DNA of 64,000 bases from Akkermansia muciniphila (GTDB lineage Bacteria > Verrucomicrobiota > Kiritimatiellia > RFP12 > JAAYNR01). How positions within the stretch are numbered: position 1 is the stretch's first letter; each line of letters starts with the position of its first letter. Below the pieces are notes generated by a model that saw only the letters and a program-made list of their open reading frames with translations, was not told where the DNA came from and did no database searches. The position numbers were made by a program, and so were the translations under genes. The DNA is taken from contig CAMBQN010000002.1 in NCBI GenBank assembly GCA_945870025.1, positions 75,762 to 139,761 of the forward strand, read 5' to 3'. Shown here one piece after another: positions 34,988 to 43,000 of this stretch.

Positions 34988-37900
34988 TTATTCCTCCATC
35001 ACCCGCACCGGCCCCATCAATCCGGAGGGAAGTAGAAGTGGTTCGACGGGTTTGCCGGCCTTTTTACAATCCTCCACCATCGCATCATAGATCCGCACGT
35101 TCGTTACGGTCCGACGCTTCTCTTTCGGCAGAGTTGCATCACCGATCAGGCGGTTGGGCCAGAGATTCGCCACCTCGATGCACAACTCATTCCCTTTCTC
35201 CTTGAGAAGTCCACCGGGAATAGCCACCTGCCAGGGCGCGGTCCAGACAACGCCAAGATCGCGGCCATTGAGTTTCACTCGGGCAACGTTCTTTACCTCG
35301 CCGATGCTGAGAAACGTTTTGGGGTTCGGGTTTTGAGATTTGAGCTGTAAATCGAAAGAGATCTTATATGTCGCTATACCTGAGTAGAACTTAATCCCCT
35401 CCTCCGGCCGCTTCGTCCAATCTTCCAGCTTATCGAACATAATCTTCTCCGGCCCGTCCCATTTCGGATCGAACGACACCTCCCATGCGCCAGCCAACTC
35501 CATCGCAGACTTCAACTCCGGAAAATTCTTCGCCCCATTCTGAATTCCGGATTCCGGATTCTGAATGCTCTCCTTGAAAACAACAAAGAACGACTGCCTC
35601 GGCGCAAACTTCAGAGGAACCTCAGTCCTGCCATCGTCTGTCTTCTTATATTCCGCCAACTCACGCCTCGATCCTGTCACTGCATCCCAAAGCTCGGGCT
35701 TCTTTCCAGCAACACGAAATGCCACTTGTGAGGTCACGTCGTTCGTACTCTGGTTGCTGATGAAATAGATCTCCGCCTTGCCATCGCGCCGGTGAATCCA
35801 TTTGAAGACCGCCCCTGGCGAAGATTTACGAAACTCGATGTCCGGCAGCAGACCGTCGGCCTGCACTTCTGCCCACAAGCCGCCTCCACGGATCTTCGCC
35901 ACTGCTCCGGCCAGCGTCTTGGGGGCAATCACAGTCACACCGGCCTCTGCCAGTTCGTTGACCTTCTTCAATGTCGCCGGCGAAAGAATCGCATTGGGCC
36001 GATGCGGCAGCACCAAGTAGCGATAACTCATCCCAGCGGGAAGCACCAATCGCCCATCCTTTGCTGCCGTACGTGTCAACAGCACTTCTGCATTCATCTT
36101 ATCGTAATCGAACCCGGCCCGATACCCCCCCTCAAACACGGGATCAATAAACACGGGAATGGTCTCATCCAACAGGTAGGCGAAATCAGCAACATACAAC
36201 CCCTGTCGTAACATATACTGACAGCGGGCCAGATAGGTGAGCCATCCGTCCGCCATCGGCCACCACGTCAGGTTGCAGTCAAAATGCGTGCCAATACGCT
36301 CCCACTGGAAGCCGGGCTTCGCATCAACTCGCGACTTGTGGACCCAGTGATGAATCACAAAACGAGTGATCCCCTCGCAAAACGCGGCATCACCGATATC
36401 TTTCATGTGCCACGGATCCTCCGTCCAGTCATCTGCCCCCGACGTAAAGGCCTCCGCCTGGCAGACCGGCTTGCCGTAGATGTGCGCGGCGCTGGCCACC
36501 CCCGCCTTAAGCGGTTCCCGGCCACAAATGCTACCATTCGGCTCAGAGTTGCGCTTCCAGAACTCACCCATCGGGATATCATTAATGCCCTCGCACTGAA
36601 GCGGATCAATCCAGACACTTGAAAAGACAAAGCCTCCGGAGGATTCCGGGTGCGTCCCTCGCAGGCCGCCTTTAACGGTCAGCTCGCGCAATCTGCCATA
36701 ATAGTTTGTTGCAAAAAGATCGGCCACCGTCCGGCGATAGTCCTGCATGAATCGCTGCGTCTCCGCGACATTATCCACTGTCTGTCTCTGTCTCAGTCCC
36801 AGCAGCGCCGGCAGCCACGCCACCGGATCATACCCGCGCCGCTTCTTGAACTCCTCGCGCATGGTCGGCGTCCAGTTCTGTTTCTGATGCGGATACTCCC
36901 AACTGTCGAGATGGAAATACTGTAGCGACTTGCCTGCCAAAGGCCCCGCATCGGCAATCAGCTTTGCACCTGTCTCCGCAAAGTGCGCATCCATCGCCGC
37001 GGCGCTCATCGGGTCAATCTGCAGCCCGTCCGGCCCCCCACCAATACAAGCGATAGGCCAACCAGCAGGCTCATATCCAAGGCGCAGAATCTTCCAACAA
37101 CCCGCAGGTGGACTCCAAACCAGCAGTCCCTGTTCATCCATGAATGGGGTCACATCCACCACGAGGTTGTGATCCCACCCCTGCCGCTGCCGACCCGGCT
37201 TCTTCTCTTTCTCCGCCAACTGTCCCTTTGATAGGAACGCTATTTCACACACATGGACATTCGCGCTTGGCCGACCGCCATTAAAAGGATGCGCCGATAG
37301 AAACAGTACTCGGAAACACTTCGCCTGTGTTTCATCGAAAGTAATGATTGCCTCCTCGTTCGGCTTCAGAGTCTCACGCCTGAGCGAGCGAAACGTCTTA
37401 CCGTCATCCGAGCACTGCACGTCGATGTCTTTGGGTCCACAAATGGGGCTTCCGATCAGATAAACACCCGCCACCGGCAAAGGTTCAGCCAGATCGAATT
37501 GAAGATACTCAGGCTTCTCCGGGGTTGGCCCCATGCCAGGTTTGTCGCCGTAGGAAACCCATTTGGACGCGTCATCGCCATCCTCCGCCGCCGCCGGACT
37601 GAAATTCCGATCCTGCGAACTGGCGCTCAGCTTGCCATGTAACGCCCTATCCTCAACAACAGGCCAGGCCAGAACAGCAATGTCACGGTAGAACCCCGCC
37701 ACCCCCGCCGGCTTCGGCAATGAGACGGTGACACGCTCCGGGCCTTTTACGACCGTCTGCGCGCCGATACAGAGTACTTTTGCCCCATGTTCGGGAGTTA
37801 CCCATGGCCCACCGGCATTCCAACCGCTGCAGAGGTTGACCGTCAGCACGATTCCGCACCGGTCCGCCTCGCGCACGGCATGCTTGTAAAGCTCCCGCCA

Positions 37901-38179
37901 CTCGTCGCTCATGAATTTCGGGCCGCGTGGCGCTGCCGGTCCCGCTTGCCCGGCATCAGTCAACAGCGCGCCGCTGATGCCCTGCTTGCGCATTTCCTCG
38001 AAGTCGCGCGTGATGCCTTCCTTGCTCGCCGCGCCATTCAGCCACCACCAGTAGCACCAGGCCCTCGCCGCGACGGGCGGCGTCTCAAAATTCTTCGCCA
38101 GCTCATCTGCGGCCAGCGCCGATCCGCTCAAAAACAACACCAGCAAGCCCAACACCGTTATTATTCGCTTCATCATCAT
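34988..38179 (-). CDS. GH106-like glycoside hydrolase (alpha-L-rhamnosidase-like), secreted
   Basis: 1,063 aa. Signal peptide: MMMKRIITVLGLLVLFLSGSALA. The N-terminal FETPPVAARAWCYWWWLNGAASKEGITRDFEEMRKQGISGALL is the hallmark start of GH106/BT0986-like hydrolases. The C-terminal VKLNGRDLGVVWTAPWQVAI...NELCIEVANLWPNRL is jelly-roll-like. Confidence 0.65.
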   Translation of the reverse strand: MMMKRIITVLGLLVLFLSGSALAADELAKNFETPPVAARAWCYWWWLNGAASKEGITRDFEEMRKQGISGALLTDAGQAGPAAPRGPKFMSDEWRELYKHAVREADRCGIVLTVNLCSGWNAGGPWVTPEHGAKVLCIGAQTVVKGPERVTVSLPKPAGVAGFYRDIAVLAWPVVEDRALHGKLSASSQDRNFSPAAAEDGDDASKWVSYGDKPGMGPTPEKPEYLQFDLAEPLPVAGVYLIGSPICGPKDIDVQCSDDGKTFRSLRRETLKPNEEAIITFDETQAKCFRVLFLSAHPFNGGRPSANVHVCEIAFLSKGQLAEKEKKPGRQRQGWDHNLVVDVTPFMDEQGLLVWSPPAGCWKILRLGYEPAGWPIACIGGGPDGLQIDPMSAAAMDAHFAETGAKLIADAGPLAGKSLQYFHLDSWEYPHQKQNWTPTMREEFKKRRGYDPVAWLPALLGLRQRQTVDNVAETQRFMQDYRRTVADLFATNYYGRLRELTVKGGLRGTHPESSGGFVFSSVWIDPLQCEGINDIPMGEFWKRNSEPNGSICGREPLKAGVASAAHIYGKPVCQAEAFTSGADDWTEDPWHMKDIGDAAFCEGITRFVIHHWVHKSRVDAKPGFQWERIGTHFDCNLTWWPMADGWLTYLARCQYMLRQGLYVADFAYLLDETIPVFIDPVFEGGYRAGFDYDKMNAEVLLTRTAAKDGRLVLPAGMSYRYLVLPHRPNAILSPATLKKVNELAEAGVTVIAPKTLAGAVAKIRGGGLWAEVQADGLLPDIEFRKSSPGAVFKWIHRRDGKAEIYFISNQSTNDVTSQVAFRVAGKKPELWDAVTGSRRELAEYKKTDDGRTEVPLKFAPRQSFFVVFKESIQNPESGIQNGAKNFPELKSAMELAGAWEVSFDPKWDGPEKIMFDKLEDWTKRPEEGIKFYSGIATYKISFDLQLKSQNPNPKTFLSIGEVKNVARVKLNGRDLGVVWTAPWQVAIPGGLLKEKGNELCIEVANLWPNRLIGDATLPKEKRRTVTNVRIYDAMVEDCKKAGKPVEPLLLPSGLMGPVRVMEE

Positions 38180-38197
38180 ATGATTCCTTCTGATTGA

Positions 38198-38283
38198 ATT
38201 GATAAGCCTTCGCTTTTCGGCATCCCCCGGTCAGGCATCGACCCACACGGGCCGAAAACATGCCGGAACCGGTCTGACGCAAC
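38198..38283 (-). promoter_or_regulatory. Conserved 86-nt leader/promoter element, copy 1 (copy 2 at 48593-48678)
   Basis: attgataag...cgcttttcggcatccccc.gtc.ggcatcgacccacac..gccgaaaacatgccggaaccggtctgacgcaac. It is ~92% identical by eye to 48593-48678. It lies 19-104 nt upstream of the GH106-like start codon. Confidence 0.7.
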
Positions 38284-38341
38284 CAGGAAAGACAGGCTCC
38301 TTGCACTCGCCGCCTGCCGAAAGGGGTCTCAGACACATCAA

Positions 38342-38399
38342 GATGAAGAAGAAAGACGAAGTAAGGCTTGCGCACCATACTTTGTCTTTCCTCTTCATC
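38342..38399 (-). terminator. Hairpin downstream of the FGE-family gene (candidate terminator)
   Basis: The arms gatgaagaagaaagacgaag (38342-38361) and ctttgtctttcctcttcatc (38380-38399) pair over 20 positions with 1 mismatch and 1 G-T. The hairpin is 23 nt past the stop codon, after a C11 tract. The trailing U content is weak. Confidence 0.4.
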
Positions 38400-38421
38400 T
38401 TTTTACTTCTCCCCCCCCCCC

Positions 38422-39714
38422 TCACGGCAGCGTCATACCCACCCGGAAGCCGAAATCGGCGTTGCGGTAGACCGGGTAGCCACCAAAGCCACGGTTCGCC
38501 GCACGGCAGCAGTGGGCGGGATCGTCCGAACTGCCACCCCGCAGCACGCGGCGCTCCCCTGTCGCGGGGCCTTTCGGATCGGTCACGGCCCCGGGATAGG
38601 TTTCCGTATACCAATCCAAACACCACTCCCACACGTTGCCGTGCATGTCGTACAACCCCCAACGGTTCGGCGGGTATGACCCGACAGGGGCCTTGCCCAT
38701 CCACTTGCGATCGTTCGAGTAACCCTGAAAACCGGGCTGCCAGCCGTACGAGTAACCATTCGTCGACCAGACGTGCCACCCCCTCGGCTTGCCCGCATTG
38801 TTCCGGTACCGCGCCACTTCCGCCACGTTCGGACAATTCACGGCATCGGTCAGATCCTTCCCTGAATTCAGCGCCGTCGTGGTCCCGGCCCGACACGCGT
38901 ATTCCCATTGCGCCTCGGTGGGTAGATCGAGCGTGGTCAGACCGGTCTTCGCCCGCAGTCGGCCCATGAAAGAGTCCTCGTTGATGACGCTGTTCGAGGG
39001 CCAGTCCACGGCCGGATCGTCAAGGGGAACCGGCAGGGTCTCGGGCGGTTTCGCGGGTGCCGCCACCGGCGCTTCCTCCGAAGATGCGTCATCCACGAGC
39101 TTCGGCGTAGCAACGGCCTTGTCTTTCACTTCGGCATCTTTGACAGCCACAGCCACGGGTTTTCCGAACTTCTCGCGGATTTGGTAATAACTGACCTGTT
39201 CCACAGGCAACACGTCGCGCAGGGCGGGGGGGGGCGAACGAACGGGATTGCCTCTTGGCTCCCCCCCTTTACGCGCCCAATCGCCCATAACCTGCTGCCA
39301 TTGCTTCTGCGTCACCTCAAAGATCCCGATATAGAAGTCTTTGGTGAGTGTCACCGCGTGCTGGGTCTCGTCGGCGTCGCATCCCAATTCGTTAGCCGGG
39401 CTGCCCATCGTGAACGTGCCGGCCGGGATCCGGCGCAGCACCAGCTTGTTTGTCTTGTACTCGTCCGTCCAGCCGCCCGGCGGTACGGCGGCGAGGTTGC
39501 TGACGACGAAACCCTGTCTCGTCTTGGGTGGCGTGTCTGGATTCGGCTGCGGGCCAACGGCTATCTCGCGAAGGGTGAGGTCAATGACCAGATATTGACC
39601 TGTCGGCGAGCCAGCTTGCGTCTCCACCCAGGTCTTCCGGATGTCTTCAGCCTGCGCAGCTGTGGTGAGTGCAATAAATGCGCAGGCGTTCAGTAACGTT
39701 CGATTTGCTTTCAT
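38422..39714 (-). CDS. Formylglycine-generating enzyme (FGE/SUMF1) family protein, secreted
   Basis: 430 aa; AGGAGA RBS. Signal peptide: MKANRTLLNACAFIALTTAAQA. Classical FGE-sulfatase motifs: RRIPAGTFTMGSP, FYIGIFEVTQKQWQQVMG, AQWEYACRAGTTT, NRWGLYDMHGNVWEWCLDWY, RVLRGGSS, FGFRV. Confidence 0.85.
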   Translation of the reverse strand: MKANRTLLNACAFIALTTAAQAEDIRKTWVETQAGSPTGQYLVIDLTLREIAVGPQPNPDTPPKTRQGFVVSNLAAVPPGGWTDEYKTNKLVLRRIPAGTFTMGSPANELGCDADETQHAVTLTKDFYIGIFEVTQKQWQQVMGDWARKGGEPRGNPVRSPPPALRDVLPVEQVSYYQIREKFGKPVAVAVKDAEVKDKAVATPKLVDDASSEEAPVAAPAKPPETLPVPLDDPAVDWPSNSVINEDSFMGRLRAKTGLTTLDLPTEAQWEYACRAGTTTALNSGKDLTDAVNCPNVAEVARYRNNAGKPRGWHVWSTNGYSYGWQPGFQGYSNDRKWMGKAPVGSYPPNRWGLYDMHGNVWEWCLDWYTETYPGAVTDPKGPATGERRVLRGGSSDDPAHCCRAANRGFGGYPVYRNADFGFRVGMTLP

Positions 39715-40002
39715 TTTGCTTCTCCTGTTGGCGGAAATCGTTCTGTCAAAGCTGACAGTACGTATTCTTGCCTAATCCTATTTCGTGTAGGGAGTCAACA
39801 GTCTCTCTGCCTTCTCCCCCATTTTCCTGTCCATTTCGGTTGACGAGAACGGGCGACGAGAGCGGTGGACGATTGAGATGCTCACTACTCGTTAGCCGCT
39901 CTCGTCGTCCGCTCTCGTCCACCGGTTCCCATTTCCATATTTTCCATACAACTCCTGACAGAACTGCGGAACTTCCCGCTCTCCGCGCCACGCTCTTCCC
40001 GT

Positions 40003-43000
40003 TCACTTCTTATCCACGTCGAAGATCAGTCCTTCCACCAGTTTGCCGTCCTTGGCGTCGAGGAACTGGATACGCATGGTTCCGGGATTGATCTTCGGAT
40101 AATCATCTTGCGTCACTTTCACAACCATCGTGTTTCCGCCCTTGCGAATGCGGCAGGTCTTAGGCTTATTGCGCTCATCCTTTGGATCCGGACGTTGCCC
40201 GATAGGCGTTTGATGTACGAGCGCGTCGTTGATCCAGATGCGATTGGCGAACTGGCAAAACGCATGCATCATATTAGCGTTGTGGTCCACGATGAGGGTC
40301 ACATCCTGGTCGCGGAGCGCCTCAAACCGTGTGGCGGCCACCATGACAGCACCCCTCCGCAACGCGCCGATGCGGATACCACGGTATTCAACACCATCAG
40401 GATTTAAAGTATCGACGCCGAACATGGCTATCAGGGGCGCTGCATCATAGATCACCGGCTTCCAACCCTTGGGCGGTGCATTGGTTTTGAACACGCTACC
40501 GTATTCGTTTACATCTTCTGTGAACTTGCCTAATGCTTCGGTGAGCGCATTGTCCTCACCATCCGTTTGCTTTTGCGTTAAGTCCACATCCTCTAAACGC
40601 GCCTCTGTCTTATCACGCCTGAAGAACCACCAACGCGACCGCGCTTGCAGAACGACGGCGGTTTCGCCCTCCAGCGGCGCCCCTTTCGAGAAGGCGACAC
40701 GATAGGGCATCTGACTTGTCCGGTCCTCCCAAGGATTCCCCCCTCGACCGACCTCGAGCGCCTTCTTATCCGGAAAGCCCTGGCGAGGAAACGGGTACGC
40801 CACCTTGGCCAGTTCGCGCGCCGCGAGCGAGACACTCCGGCTGGACTCGGACATCTTGACGCCCGGCGGCGGCGGCAGATTGAGCGTCAGCGCCTGCGGC
40901 CGCTCCGTGGCATTCATGATGCGCACGATCAGTTCGCCGCCGACCAGCGAATCGATCGATGGCTTTGGCGCCCAGGCGGACAACCTGTTCTCGGGCTTGT
41001 CAATCAACAATTGGACATCCCGTTGGGCCAGCACCTGGCCGCCGGGATCCAGTATCCGGACCGGCAACCAATTGACTCTGCGCACGGCGCACGTCGGACT
41101 CTGAATGGTCAGCGCCGTCAGAATCCGGAAGGGCGTGACTGCCTTGGGTGCCGCCGTGAACACGCGCGAGGCCGCGCCGTCCGGGAAGCACGCGTCCGGC
41201 AACGCCGTCTTCAGTTCGACCTTCAACGGCTTGTCAGAGGTGTTGTTGTAACGCCCCGTGAGGTCGAAGATGGCGATGTCGATGTTCTGCCCACGCAGGT
41301 CCGGCAACGGATCGAGTTCCAGCGGCGAAGACGGATCAACCGTGACAGGCGCATTGCGCGCGGCGCGGGCGCCGTAGCGGCCTGTCCGGTCCCAGAGACC
41401 ACTGCCAATCGATTCCGCAAACTCAGTGGCCGGGAACCAGTAAGCGATACAATGGTCACGCCCTTGGTAGGCCCACTGGCCGTAAGAGCGCTCGTACCAT
41501 TCGCCCCAGGCGGACCACCCCCAGGTGGCATCCGGCACTTCGGGTGAACCATTGCCGTGCGTGCCGTTGTACCCCTTCCACGATCCAGCCGGTGCAGCGT
41601 TGTTTTTCCCAACACGCACCGGATTGTTATTAGCCACAAACGGCCATTCATGTACGCAGCCGCTCATACTCAAATCCTGGATTCCCCAGTACGATGCGCC
41701 TGGCCAGAACGCTCGGCGTTCGGGCAGCACGTCCTTCCGGATCTGCCCACTGACGAAGGAGGGCAGACCCGCCGCTGGCGCGCAGGTGCCGGGCACCCAC
41801 GCCTCCTCGGCCCGCGCCACCGCGCGCGGCCCGCGGCAGGACTTATCGTATTCCAGGTCCGACGGGGGTCGTAGTCCGGCACAGGCCATAAAGGACTGGA
41901 TGTCCGGCAAGGAAAGTAAGTTGGCCGGCCGATCCGGCACTTCGGCCTCGTACCGCCCCTCGCCTGGAATGAAACTGATGGTATAGCCGCGAGCGCCGTA
42001 GCAATCGGCGAAGCGCCGGGCATCGTCGTACTTTAGAGCGCCATAGCGCCCCTCATTGTAGTGCGCCTCTTCGAGATTGGGCGCCTGCTCGGTGAGAAAT
42101 CGGGCATACTCGCCTTGGGTGATCGAATACTTCATGATGTAGAATGATCTGTAGCCATTCGGATATGTTTCACATGCCGGAGTCGTGTTTGTCACTACTG
42201 CCGGATCCGCGTTCGTCCCCAATCCCGGACGGCCTCCCGGCTGGGTCGGGTCAGGGTTGTTGATCAACGTCAGCGGATGGGTGTGGCCGTCGGCCAACTG
42301 ATGATTCTCCCACCCACCCTTATAATGGAACGGTCCCTCGGGCACATAGACCATCGCGATGGCATGTACCGACAGTTCCGCCTTGGCCGGATCGAATTCG
42401 GCGGCACTTGCCGCGCCGGAGTCCCGACTCTCTTGAGGTCGGAACGAAGGCGGACTTGTCGCGCCGGAGCTTCCGAGCGAAGGCGGATGCTGCCAGCGCA
42501 GTTTGACGCCCTTGAAATGGTTGGCGCCATTTCCGACCGCATCACGGTAGATGAACACGCCGAGCCCCTTGAGTCCGTCGTCGCTGGCGGCAACCTCCAA
42601 CGTCGCGCCGGCAGGCTTCTGGTGGCGCACGGCATCCAGATCGAGTAACGCGTGCGAAAAGACGCGCTCCTCGAATGGCCGGAATTTCACGAACACCCAG
42701 GCCGCATCCCAGCTCTCGACCTGGAGGGGTTTGCCGGTCACATTCTTCTCTGCGGGCTCCGTCCATTTCGCCCGCCAGGAGTTGTTCCAGGAAAGGTCGA
42801 ACGTCACGGTGCTATATTCTTTTGTGCCAGCCTCCCATTTGATGTTGGTGATCTGGATCGTGTCGGCGCGTGTCGTATCTTCCGGACTGGATGCAGGCGG
42901 CTTGGCGGGGGGCGCCTTTACCGCGACCATTCGATTCGTCGCGGACGCGTCACGCCGGAGCTTCGGCGTGGGGGCGGAAGCCACCAGCCGCATGCTGGTG

